This document shows positions 43,474-52,351 of a DNA stretch of 64,000 bases, piece after piece (within the stretch, counting starts at the first letter, position 1; every line of letters starts with the position of its first letter). Below the pieces are notes generated by a model. The model was given only the letters and a program-made list of their open reading frames with translations. It had not been told where the DNA came from and searched no databases. The DNA comes from Geminicoccaceae bacterium (GTDB taxonomy: Bacteria; Pseudomonadota; Alphaproteobacteria; Geminicoccales; Geminicoccaceae): assembly GCA_037446605.1 (NCBI GenBank), contig JBBIIE010000006.1, positions 447 through 64,446 of the forward strand, read 5' to 3'. The position numbers were made by a program, and so were the translations under genes.

Positions 43474-43497
43474 AATGTTACAACATTTCTCTGTAAC
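43474..43497. promoter_or_regulatory. AT-rich nested palindrome, Zur/Fur-family-box-like operator
   Basis: AATGTTACAACATT (43474-43487; arms AATGTT/AACATT perfectly complementary) contains ATGTTACAACAT, one mismatch from the ATGTTATAACAT core I recall for proteobacterial Zur boxes. It overlaps GTTACA-N9-TGTAAC (43477-43497). It lies in the 172-bp divergent gap and is the most A/T-rich spot in the region. Confidence 0.45.
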
Positions 43498-43603
43498 TTC
43501 GAGATCGCAGATCTGCGCTCCTCCGTGCAAGGCGTCGTTGCGCCGGGCCCATCGCCAGCTTACTGTAGGGTGGCCGTCCGAGAACAAGAAGGTGGGAGGC
43601 ACC

Positions 43604-44680
43604 ATGCTGAGCGGTTGGGTAGCGCCTTGACCGGCGTGACGTGGTTGCTCGCGGCCGGAGCCCAGGCCCAGAAGCCGACCTTCAACGACAAGCTGCCGAC
43701 CGAAAATTCGTTCCCCTCCGAGTTGGGCCCCGACGACGAGGCCGGAGCGATCGCCAGGATCATGCCTGCGGTCGTCATGAAGGCGATGAAGCTCGTCAAG
43801 CAGGGAAGGACCGCCGCACGCGGCAAGCTCTACGCCAGCGACATCCCCGCCTTCGGAACGCGCGCGTTCCTCCTGTCGATCCAGGGCACGCCGACCGGCG
43901 GGCCGTTCCGCTCCAACATGCTCGTCCATCACGGCGAGCTGGCGACGACCGAGATCGGACAGATCGGCACGCAGCGCGGCGGACCGGGCCACATCGGCGT
44001 CCGCACCAGCAAGTGCGGCATGTTCCACAACGGCCGGTACGCCAACGAGATCTCCCAGCGCGGTGGTACGACACGGGTCATGCGCATGGGTGACCCGAGC
44101 GTCGAGCACGTCGCCGAGAAGGCCCATGCTTGCCGCGGTGTGCTGCCGGACGGGCCAAGGCGCCGGTGTGTCAACCCGCTGCCGATTCCACGCGACACGA
44201 AAAGCCCCGGGATCATCACTTCCGACGACGTGAAGACGGTGATGAAGAAAGGGGGTCTCGAGGAGATCCGCTGCTGGGGTGATTGTGTGCCCCTTTACAC
44301 GGGGCACGGTGATCCCTCGAAGAACGGCACGTTGAAGGGTTCGTCGGTCGAGGAGAAGGCGAAGCGACGGGCGATCTTCACCTCGGGAGAGCCGGGGTTC
44401 GGCCGTAGCGCCTGCGAGTCCCCGGCGTCGCCACAAGGTCGTGTTCACGCGTGGTGATACGGGCACCGACGATGCTCTGCCCATGGAGGAGATCGAGCGC
44501 GGCGAGGCGGCGCCCTGCCACACCGAGATGCGGACGCGACGCGGCATCTGGAACATCGGGAATCCCGACGTCGAACCGCTCCTCGAGGAGGGCGTCTACG
44601 ACGAGTTCCTGTTCGTCCGGGCCCCGCTCGAGTTCGTGGGTGCGACCGGCTCGCCCGGCAATCCGGTGGCGATCTGGTGA
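43604..44680 (+). pseudogene. Cyclase-family (PF04199-like) paralog, frameshifted
   Basis: GGGAGG-N4-ATG at 43604 opens only 8 codons (MLSGWVAP-stop). The signal-peptide-like LTGVTWLLAAGAQAQ and the body (IQGTPTGGPF...EIGQIGTQRGGPGHIGV...ITSDDV...SGEPGFG) continue in another frame to 44457. The C-terminus (...FVRAPLEFVGATGSPGNPVAIW) is in a third frame to 44680. It is collinear with the intact gene at 44777-45838, with at least two frame changes (about 43610-43630 and 44415-44440). Confidence 0.55.
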
Positions 44681-44776
44681 CGCCGGACGACACTGCGGTG
44701 AACGTGCGGCGCGCTCTCCGCAGTTGGTGACCTTCGGAAAGCCGCTCGGTACGCGATAGCCATGGAGGAGGCGAAG

Positions 44777-45838
44777 ATGTCGAGGTTGACTGCGGTCATG
44801 ACGGTCGGGCTGGCGCTGGCGGCCTGGACCGCCGGGCCTGCACAGGCCTGCACGCCGGACGACTGGAAGGCGTGCAAGGGGAAGCCCTGGGTCGACGGCG
44901 ACGTGATGGAGACGCCGCTCGGAAAGAAGTGGTGGCCGAACGCACTCTGGGGCGCGGACGACCAAGCCGGATCGACCAACTGGTACACCAAGCCGGAGGT
45001 CGTGCTGCGCGCCCTCAAGGAGGCCGACAAGGGCAAGGTCTACAAGATCGGCCAGGCCTACGACAGCGAGATGCCCCTGTTCGGCTCGCGCCGCTTCAGC
45101 CTGCGCATCCCGGGTACCCCGACCGGTGGCCCGTTCGGCGCCAACAAGATCGTGTGGCACGACGAGTTCCTCGCCACCGAGGTCGGCCAGGTCGGCACCC
45201 AGTTCGACGGGCTCGGCCATATCGGCGTCCAGGCGGGGGCGCCCGGCGACAAGGCCGCGATGCACTATTACAATGGGTTCACCGAGGCCGAGATCGGCGA
45301 CGCCTACGGCCTCAAGAAGCTCGGCGCCGAGAAGCTGCACCCGATCGTGGCTCGTGGCGTGCTCCTCGACATCGCCGGCGCCAAGGGTGTCGAGATGCTC
45401 GAGGCCGGGTACGAGATCACGATGGCCGACGTCAACCTCGCCCTCGAGAAGCAGGGGATGAAGGACTTCAAGTTCGCCGAGGGTGATGCCATAGCTTTCT
45501 ACACGGGTTGGTCGAAGCTCTGGAAGAAGGACAACGCCAAGTTCAACAGCGGCGAGCCCGGCTACGGCATGGCGGTCGCTCGCTGGATGGCGGAGACCGT
45601 CAAGGCCGGGGTGACGGTGAGCGATACGTGGGCCGGGGAGGCGGTTCCCAATCCGGATCCGGCTTGCGCCTTCTGCGTCCATACCTACCTGCAAACCCGC
45701 CACGGGATCGTGAACCAGGAGAACGCCAGGCTCGACGAGCTGGTGCGGGACAAGGTGTGGACCTTCGCCTACATCTACAGCCCCGCCCCGGTGGTGGGAG
45801 CCACCGGCTCGATGGGTGCACCGGTCGCGATCGACTGA
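44777..45838 (+). CDS. Secreted cyclase-family protein (kynurenine-formamidase-like fold)
   Basis: GGAGGAGG RBS then ATG 44777. Signal peptide MSRLTAVMTVGLALAAWTAGPAQA followed by CTPDDWKAC. RIPGTPTGGPF, EVGQVGTQFDGLGHIGV, ARGVLLDIAG, FYTGW, APVVGATGSMGAPVAID are PF04199-type features as I recall them. Confidence 0.8.
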   Translation: MSRLTAVMTVGLALAAWTAGPAQACTPDDWKACKGKPWVDGDVMETPLGKKWWPNALWGADDQAGSTNWYTKPEVVLRALKEADKGKVYKIGQAYDSEMPLFGSRRFSLRIPGTPTGGPFGANKIVWHDEFLATEVGQVGTQFDGLGHIGVQAGAPGDKAAMHYYNGFTEAEIGDAYGLKKLGAEKLHPIVARGVLLDIAGAKGVEMLEAGYEITMADVNLALEKQGMKDFKFAEGDAIAFYTGWSKLWKKDNAKFNSGEPGYGMAVARWMAETVKAGVTVSDTWAGEAVPNPDPACAFCVHTYLQTRHGIVNQENARLDELVRDKVWTFAYIYSPAPVVGATGSMGAPVAID

Positions 45839-45917
45839 CACCCACCGGGACATCGACAAGGGTGTACGGGGCGGCCGACGCGCCGCCCCGGCGCTCCACA
45901 GGACGGAGTATCGTCGG

Positions 45918-46580
45918 GTGGCTGGCTCCACCGACGTCGAGGCGGTGACGCTCGAAGGGGTTCGTCTCGCCGTCGGTGGCCGGCTGCTGCTGGAGCTCGA
46001 GCGTTGGGCCCTGCCCGCGTCCGGGCGCGTTCTCGTGAGCGGCCCGTCAGGGAGCGGCAAGACCAGCTTCCTTCAGATGCTCGCCGGACTGCTGCGCCCT
46101 GCATCGGGACGCGTCCTCGTCGGAGGACAGGACATCAACGAGCTCCCCGAGGCACGACGCGACGTGTTCCGCGGCCGGACGATCGGCTTCGTCTTCCAGA
46201 CCCTGCATCTGGTTCGCGCCCTGAACGTCCTGGACAATCTGCGCCTTGCGGCGTTCCTCGTCGGGAACAAGGTCGCCGACCGTCGCCTTCTCGAACTGCT
46301 CGAGCGCGTCGGACTCGCCGATCGTGCAGATGCGCGCACCTACGAACTCAGCCAGGGAGAGGCGCAGCGGATCGCCATCGCTCGCGCCCTCGTCAACACG
46401 CCCCGTGTCGTCCTCGCGGATGAGCCGACCTCGGCCCTCGACGACGAGCGGGCCGACACGATCCGCCGGCTGCTCGTCGGCTCGGCGGCCGAGAGCGGCG
46501 CCGCGCTGGTGGTGGCCACGCACGACTCGCGCCTCGTGCCGCACTTCGAGGAGCGGCTCGTGCTGGGCGGGCACGGATGA
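45918..46580 (+). CDS. ABC transporter ATP-binding protein (LolD/MacB/FtsE type)
   Basis: [64 protein letters not shown]. The start is GTG 45918 or 45945. There is a 4-nt overlap with the permease gene. Confidence 0.85.
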   Translation: MAGSTDVEAVTLEGVRLAVGGRLLLELERWALPASGRVLVSGPSGSGKTSFLQMLAGLLRPASGRVLVGGQDINELPEARRDVFRGRTIGFVFQTLHLVRALNVLDNLRLAAFLVGNKVADRRLLELLERVGLADRADARTYELSQGEAQRIAIARALVNTPRVVLADEPTSALDDERADTIRRLLVGSAAESGAALVVATHDSRLVPHFEERLVLGGHG

Positions 46581-47797
46581 GCCTGATCCGTCTCAGCCTC
46601 GCCTATCTGAGGCTCCGGCTCGCGACGACCCTCCTCAGCATCGCGCTCCTGGCGCTCGGGGTGTGCACGATCGTCGTGCTCCTTCTGCTCGGCCATCAGC
46701 TCCGCAATCGGATCGAAGGGGAGATCCGGGGCATCGATCTGGTCGTGGGTGCCAAGGGCAGCCCACTCCAGCTCCTCCTGGCAGCGGTGTTCCAAGTCGA
46801 TGTCCCGAGCGGGAACGTGCCGCTCGCCGAGGTCGAGAAGATCCGTCGGCACCCCCTCGTCGCGCGCTCGTTCCCGATCGCCATGGGGGACAGCGCGCTC
46901 GGATTTCGCCTGATCGGAACCGAGCCCGAGCTGCTCGCCGACCGCGGCGGCACGATCGCGCAGGGGCGGCTCTGGGAAGCCCCCATGGAAGCCGTACTGG
47001 GCAGCGAGGTGGCGCGGGCGACCGGCCTCGCCCTGGGGCAGACCTTCGTCGGATCGCACGGGCTCACGGGTGGCCTGCTGCACGACGATCATCCCTACAC
47101 GGTGGTGGGGATCGCCGGTCGCACGGGGACGGCTCTCGACCGCTTGATCCTGACCGCGGTGGAGAGCGTCTGGGAGGTACACGATCGACCCGACGCGGCC
47201 GCAGGCGGGGACCCTCGGCACCGGGCCGGCGCCGAAGCGCACGCCGACGAGGATCGGCAGATCACCGCACTGCTGGTGCGCTACAAATCGCCACTCGCGG
47301 CCGTGCAGTTGCCACGTTTCGTGAATGCACAGCCCTCGCTCCAGGCGGCGGTGCCCGCCTTCGAAGCCGCCCGGCTGCTCGCGGTCGTGGGCGTCGGGCT
47401 CGACGCGCTGCGGCTCTTCGGCGCGCTGCTGATGGGAGCCGCGGCCCTGTCGGTGCTCGTGGCGTTGACCCATGCGCTCACCGATCGACGGGCCGATCTC
47501 GCCCTGATGCGGGTCCTCGGCGCGACGCGGGGTCTCCTGGTGCGCTCGCTCGTCCTCGAGGCGCTCCTCTTGACGTGCGTCGGGCTGGTGGTCGGCATGG
47601 TGATGGGCCATGGGCTCGTCGAGCTGGTCGGACGCCTGGTACCCGAGGCCGATGCAGTGGGACTGACGGGCAGAGTCCTGGCGCGCGGTGAGCTCTGGCT
47701 GATCCCCGCAGCCCTTGCCTTGGGACTCCTGGCGACGGCGCTACCGGCGGTCCGGGCGTACCGCTCGGACCTTGTCGGCACGCTGTCGCGGGGGTAG
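46577..47797 (+). CDS. ABC transporter permease, FtsX/MacB type
   Basis: TM1, a large periplasmic domain (GAKGSPLQLLLAAVFQVD...), then three C-terminal TMs with the FtsX-domain pattern (LMRVLGATRG...). Confidence 0.85.
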   Translation: MSLIRLSLAYLRLRLATTLLSIALLALGVCTIVVLLLLGHQLRNRIEGEIRGIDLVVGAKGSPLQLLLAAVFQVDVPSGNVPLAEVEKIRRHPLVARSFPIAMGDSALGFRLIGTEPELLADRGGTIAQGRLWEAPMEAVLGSEVARATGLALGQTFVGSHGLTGGLLHDDHPYTVVGIAGRTGTALDRLILTAVESVWEVHDRPDAAAGGDPRHRAGAEAHADEDRQITALLVRYKSPLAAVQLPRFVNAQPSLQAAVPAFEAARLLAVVGVGLDALRLFGALLMGAAALSVLVALTHALTDRRADLALMRVLGATRGLLVRSLVLEALLLTCVGLVVGMVMGHGLVELVGRLVPEADAVGLTGRVLARGELWLIPAALALGLLATALPAVRAYRSDLVGTLSRG

Positions 47798-47808
47798 GAG
47801 CACGGATC

Positions 47809-48321
47809 ATGACGGTCGTACCGCTCTGCATCGTCGCGACCCTGGCCCTGCTGCTGGCCCAGATGCCGGCGGCATCGGCGTTCAACCTCGAATCCAGGGC
47901 CGTGATCCAACAACGTGATCACGACCCCAAGGTCCTGGAACGGGCGGGGGTGGTCTCGTGGGACATCCTTCGCGAGCTCGATGTCACCTACGAGACCAAG
48001 GGTCCGGGAATGACCAGCTTTCGGACGGAGTTCACCTCTGCCCTTCACGAACTCGATGGAAAGTCGGTCAAGCTGGTGGGGTTCATCTACCCGCTCGAGG
48101 CTGCCGAGGCGCACCAGCGATTCCTGCTGGCCGCCTACCCGCCCAGCTGCCCGTTCTGTTTGCCCGGCGGGGCGACGGAAATGGTCGAGGTGGTCGCGAG
48201 CACCCCGATCCGCTTCACCTACGATGCGTTGATCCTGGAAGGTCGGTTCGAGCTCCTTCGGGACGACCCGTCGGGCCTGCTCTATCGCCTCCACGGGGCT
48301 CGGGCCATCGTGCTCAACTGA
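47809..48321 (+). CDS. DUF3299 domain-containing periplasmic protein
   Basis: Signal peptide, then VSWDILREL...LDGKSVKLVGFIYPLE...FLLAAYPPSCPFCLPGGATEMVEV...EGRFELL matches my recollection of DUF3299, including the CxxC segment. It sits directly after the ATPase/permease pair. Confidence 0.75.
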   Translation: MTVVPLCIVATLALLLAQMPAASAFNLESRAVIQQRDHDPKVLERAGVVSWDILRELDVTYETKGPGMTSFRTEFTSALHELDGKSVKLVGFIYPLEAAEAHQRFLLAAYPPSCPFCLPGGATEMVEVVASTPIRFTYDALILEGRFELLRDDPSGLLYRLHGARAIVLN

Positions 48322-48378
48322 TCGGGCCCGCCGGTCGGCTCGCGGCCCACGCGCGGCGCCCGGCGGAGGGCGCCCGGC

Positions 48379-49122
48379 TCAGTCGTCGCCGAGGTAGGCG
48401 CGTCTGACGGCGCTGTCCTCGCGGATCTCCTTGGGCGTTCCGCTCGCGACGGCGCGTCCGTAGACGAGCACGGTGATTCGGTCGGCTAGGCGGAACACCG
48501 CATCCATGTCGTGCTCGACCAGGAGGATCGCGGCCTCGCGGCGCAGCGCCGCGAGGATGCTCACGACGCGCTCGGCCTCGGCCGGCGAGAGACCCGCCAG
48601 AGGCTCGTCGAGAAGGAGCACCTTGGGGCGCGGCGCCAGCGCCATCGCGAGCTCGACGAGGCGGCGCTCGCCATGGGCGAGCGCGCCCGCCGGGCGATGG
48701 GCCAGGGCGCCGATCTCAAGCCTGTCGAGGATATCCCGAGCCGGCCCGTTCAGGACCGGGTCCGTCGCGGCGTTCCGCAGCCCACCGGCGCTCGCGCGGC
48801 AGCGCGCCTGGACCCCGATGGCCACGTTCTCGAGCACCGAGAAGCTCGGGAGCAGGCTCGAGACCTGGAAGGTGCGACCGAGCCCGAGCTTGGCTCGGGC
48901 GTGGACCGGCAGCTCCGTCACGTCCCGCCCCAGCAACCGGATGCGACCCGCGTCGGGCCGCAGCTCTCCCGACAACAGTCCGAGCAGCGTGGTCTTGCCC
49001 GCACCGTTCGGGCCGATCACCGCATGGATCTCCCGATCGCGGATGTCGATCGACAGATCCGCGGCGGCGGTCACCGCGCCGAAACTCTTGCAGAGCCCCC
49101 GGGTCCCGAGCAGCTCGCTCAC
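48379..49122 (-). CDS. Branched-chain/hydrophobic amino-acid (HAAT family) ABC ATP-binding protein, LivG-like
   Basis: GPNGAGKTTLLGLLSGEL, GLGRTFQVSSLLPSFSVLENV, HGERRLVELAMAL, LLLDEPLAGL. The GTG 49122 start overlaps the permease stop (GTGA); GTG 49134 is an alternative. Confidence 0.88.
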   Translation of the reverse strand: MSELLGTRGLCKSFGAVTAAADLSIDIRDREIHAVIGPNGAGKTTLLGLLSGELRPDAGRIRLLGRDVTELPVHARAKLGLGRTFQVSSLLPSFSVLENVAIGVQARCRASAGGLRNAATDPVLNGPARDILDRLEIGALAHRPAGALAHGERRLVELAMALAPRPKVLLLDEPLAGLSPAEAERVVSILAALRREAAILLVEHDMDAVFRLADRITVLVYGRAVASGTPKEIREDSAVRRAYLGDD

Positions 49123-50090
49123 TTCGGACCCCACCGTCCCGCCAGGAGGCCGACGAGACCGCCACGGCCGGCGAGCACGACCAGGACGAGCAGCGGCCCG
49201 AACAGAAGCGCCCAGTGTGTGGTGAGGGAGGACAGGGCCTCCTCGAGCAGGACGAAGGCGAATGCGCCGAGGATCGCGCCGTGCAGCGTTCCGAGCCCAC
49301 CGAGGACCACCATGGCGAGGAGCTCGCCCGACCGTTGCCAGGACATGTACGCCGGAGAGACGAACTCGGTCAGGTTGGCGAGCAGCACGCCCGCGAGGCC
49401 GGTCAGGGTGCCGGACAGGACGAACGCCGCGAGCCTGTATCGCTCGACCGCGAAGCCCAGCGTGGCGACTCTACGCTCGTTGTCGCGAGCGCCGCGCAGG
49501 ACGCGGCCGAAACGCGAGCGCTCGAGGCGCCGAAGGCCGAGATAGGCGAGCGTCAGGATCCCGAGCGAGACCCACGCCAAGCCGAGGCGGTCCGAGAGCG
49601 AGACGAGCGCGCCGAACTCGCTTCGGGTCCAGATCGTCAGCCCGTCGTCGCCCCCGTAGCGGCTGAGCGAAATCGCGACGAAGAACAACATCTGCGCGAA
49701 GGCGAGCGTGATCATGATGAAATGGGCGCCTCGGGTTCGAAGGCTCAACCATCCGATCACGGCGGCGACCGCTGCGCTCGCGACCAAGGCGACTGGCCAC
49801 TGGAGGAACCCGCTCGTGAGCCCGTGCTCGGCCATGATCCCGACGGTATAGGCGCCCACGCCCAGGAACGCCGCGTGCCCCAGGCTCACCAGCCCTGCCA
49901 CGCCCACCACCAGATCGAGGGCCAGTGCCGCCAAGGCGAGGATGAGGGCGCGATTGAGCAGCTTGACGTAATAGGGATGCTCGGCCGCCTCCAGCAGGAC
50001 CAGGGCGATCGCCGTCCCGCCGAGCAGCACGAGACAGATCCACGGCACCGGTGGTCGCCCGGCCAACGGATCGGCGCCGCCGCGCGTCAC
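49119..50090 (-). CDS. HAAT-family ABC permease, LivM-like
   Basis: AALALDLVVGVAGLVSLGHAAFLGVGAY..., RDNERRVATLGF..., GGLGTLHGAILGA. Confidence 0.88.
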   Translation of the reverse strand: MTRGGADPLAGRPPVPWICLVLLGGTAIALVLLEAAEHPYYVKLLNRALILALAALALDLVVGVAGLVSLGHAAFLGVGAYTVGIMAEHGLTSGFLQWPVALVASAAVAAVIGWLSLRTRGAHFIMITLAFAQMLFFVAISLSRYGGDDGLTIWTRSEFGALVSLSDRLGLAWVSLGILTLAYLGLRRLERSRFGRVLRGARDNERRVATLGFAVERYRLAAFVLSGTLTGLAGVLLANLTEFVSPAYMSWQRSGELLAMVVLGGLGTLHGAILGAFAFVLLEEALSSLTTHWALLFGPLLVLVVLAGRGGLVGLLAGRWGPK

Positions 50091-51040
50091 CGCCCAGGAC
50101 GCCGCGCCGGAAGGAGTCCCTCCGGTCTGACCAGAAGAACAACGGCCATCACCAGGTACATGAGCATCGAGGCGATCGCTGGCCCGATCTCGTTGGCGGC
50201 CGCCGGCGGCAGGAGGAGACGAATGCCGTCGGTGAGGAACGCTCGCCCGAGCGTGTCGCAGAGGCCGACCAGGAGCGATCCGAGAAGCGCGCCTTGGACG
50301 GAGCCGGTCCCACCGATCACGATCACGACGAACGCGAGGATCAGGATATGGTCACCCATTCCCGGCTGGATCGCGGCGATCGGCCCGGCCATGGCACCCG
50401 CGAAGCCGGCCAGGGCCGCCCCGATCCCGAAGGTGCCGAGCAGGAGACGGTGGATGTCGATGCCGAGCAGCTCCAGCATCCCGGCGTTCGTGGACGCCGC
50501 CCGCACCAGCATGCCGGCGCGGGTGCCCGCGATGATCAGGAACATCGCGAGCGCGAGGGCAAGTCCCACCGCGATGATCGCGATACGCCAAGCGGGATAG
50601 CTGGCCCCACCGGGCAGGGAGACGCTCCAGTCGAGGAGCTCGGGAACCGGGAAGGGGCGCGCCGCCGAGCCGAAGGTAACCCGGACCGCCTCGTTGAGAA
50701 AGAGGAGCAAGCCGAAGGTGGCGAGCACCTGATCCAGGTGACCTCGATCGTAGAGGAACCGAAGCACGAGGCGGTCCAGGAGCACACCCACGACGAGCGC
50801 CGCGGCGGGAGCCACCAGGATGGTGAGGGCCAGCGAGCCCGACGCCACGGCCACGACCGCACCCGCGTAGGCACCGACCATGAAGAGGGCGCCGTGCGCG
50901 AGGTTGATCACGTCCAGGATGCCGAACACCAAGGTCAGGCCGGCGGCCACCAGGAACAGGAGAATCCCGAGCTGGATCCCGTTGAGGATCTGCACGGAGA
51001 GCAGGATGACGTCCAAAACCGCCGCCCGCTCTCGGCTCAC
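50087..51040 (-). CDS. HAAT-family ABC permease, LivH-like
   Basis: ILNGIQLGILLFLVAAGLTLVFGILDVINLAHGALFMVGAY..., IGGTGSVQGALLGSLLVG. Confidence 0.88.
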   Translation of the reverse strand: MSRERAAVLDVILLSVQILNGIQLGILLFLVAAGLTLVFGILDVINLAHGALFMVGAYAGAVVAVASGSLALTILVAPAAALVVGVLLDRLVLRFLYDRGHLDQVLATFGLLLFLNEAVRVTFGSAARPFPVPELLDWSVSLPGGASYPAWRIAIIAVGLALALAMFLIIAGTRAGMLVRAASTNAGMLELLGIDIHRLLLGTFGIGAALAGFAGAMAGPIAAIQPGMGDHILILAFVVIVIGGTGSVQGALLGSLLVGLCDTLGRAFLTDGIRLLLPPAAANEIGPAIASMLMYLVMAVVLLVRPEGLLPARRPGR

Positions 51041-52200
51041 CAGCGCATCGGGCAGTTCTTCGCGTGCTGGTCGCCGTGCTGGGCGAGGACGACGTCACCA
51101 TGCAGCATCGCGCGAGTGCCGTCCGGGAGCGTTCCTGGGCTGACCTGATAGAAATCGCTGATGGGGATGTGATTGGTGTTCAGCTTCCATTTGCCGCGGA
51201 CGGAGGGGAACTCGGCGCGACGCAGCGCGTCGCGGACGGCCGCCTTGTCGTCGAGGCGACCGCCGGTCGACCGAACGGCCGCATCGATGAGCTGCGCCGC
51301 GTCGTAGGCCTGAGCGGCGAAGTAGGAAGGCACGTACCCGTACTTGGCCCGGAAATCGGCCACGAACCGCCGGTTGGCGGGGTTGTCCAGGTCGACGGCC
51401 CACTGCGAGGCGGAAACCAGCCCATCCGCCGCCTCGCCCCCGGCCGGCAGCGACGTGTCGTCGACGGTGAACGCGGAGAGGAGCGGGATCTGCTTGGTCA
51501 AACCTGCCTGGGCGTACTGCTTGATCAAGGCAATTCCCGGTCCGCCGGGCATGAAGGCATAGACGACATCCGGCTTCGCCGCCTGGATCTTGGCGATCTC
51601 GGCCGAAAAGTCGATCGCTCCAAGTTGGGTGTACACCTCATCTACGATGGTACCCCGATAGTAACTCTTGAAGCCATTGATCCCGTCCTTGCCCGCTTGA
51701 TAATTGGGGGCGAGGAGGAAGGCGCGCTTGTAACCTTTGTCCTGCGCCAACTTTCCGATCGCGGCGTGGGTCTGGTCATTCTGCCAGGAAGTCGAAAAGA
51801 AGCGCTCCGAGCATTGCGCACCGGCAACCGGTGAAGGCCCGGCGTTGGCCGAGATCAGAAAGGCACCGGATTCGATCACCGGCTTGTAGATCGACATCAG
51901 GATGTTCGAGAATACGATGCCCGTAATGAAGTGGACCTTTTCCTTCTCGAGCAGTCGGTCGGCCTCCTGACGGGCGACATCCGGCTTGAGCTGATCGTCG
52001 CTGACGACGATCCTGGTCGCGAGGCCGCCGAGCTTTCCCCCGGCATGGTCCATGCCGAGGAGGAACCCGTCGCGCAGATGCTGACCGAGATTGGCACCCG
52101 GGCCGGTGAACGTGGCCATGAACCCGACGCGCAGCTCCTGAGCCGCACCGCTCGTGGCGAGGAGCAGCGCGCCGATACCGACCCCCGTCGCAAGGCGCAT
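51037..52200 (-). CDS. HAAT-family ABC substrate-binding protein (LivK-like)
   Basis: From ATG 52200: signal peptide MRLATGVGIGALLLATSGAAQ, then LRVGFMATFTGPGANLGQ...FITGIVFSN...AFLLAPNYQAGKD is the type I periplasmic binding fold. Confidence 0.85.
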   Translation of the reverse strand: MRLATGVGIGALLLATSGAAQELRVGFMATFTGPGANLGQHLRDGFLLGMDHAGGKLGGLATRIVVSDDQLKPDVARQEADRLLEKEKVHFITGIVFSNILMSIYKPVIESGAFLISANAGPSPVAGAQCSERFFSTSWQNDQTHAAIGKLAQDKGYKRAFLLAPNYQAGKDGINGFKSYYRGTIVDEVYTQLGAIDFSAEIAKIQAAKPDVVYAFMPGGPGIALIKQYAQAGLTKQIPLLSAFTVDDTSLPAGGEAADGLVSASQWAVDLDNPANRRFVADFRAKYGYVPSYFAAQAYDAAQLIDAAVRSTGGRLDDKAAVRDALRRAEFPSVRGKWKLNTNHIPISDFYQVSPGTLPDGTRAMLHGDVVLAQHGDQHAKNCPMRW

Positions 52201-52351
52201 GGCGAGACCTCCCTGGATGGCGCCGACCGTCTTGGCGCCGCCGAGCTTGCCAGACCCGATGCCAGGGCTCCAGTGGCGAGGTGGCGCAGCTCGGCTGCGC
52301 CGCCTAGGATCCTGCGCGGACGGACAGAGGCTTCCGGGCGACGGGTGGTCC

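Noticed and set aside
43468-43484. TGGCAC directly before the palindrome looked like a sigma-54 -24 element.
   Set aside because: With the required GG-N10-GC spacing, the -12 position reads CA rather than GC. No enhancer-binding-protein gene is nearby.
42628-43600. The upstream part of the 609-aa plus-strand ORF 42628-44457, and the minus-strand ORFs 43447-44556 (369 aa) and 44378-46060 (560 aa).
   Set aside because: The first is antisense to the GST pseudogene. The other two are antisense to the cyclase-family genes and the ABC ATPase. None has a recognisable motif, whereas the opposite-strand frames do.
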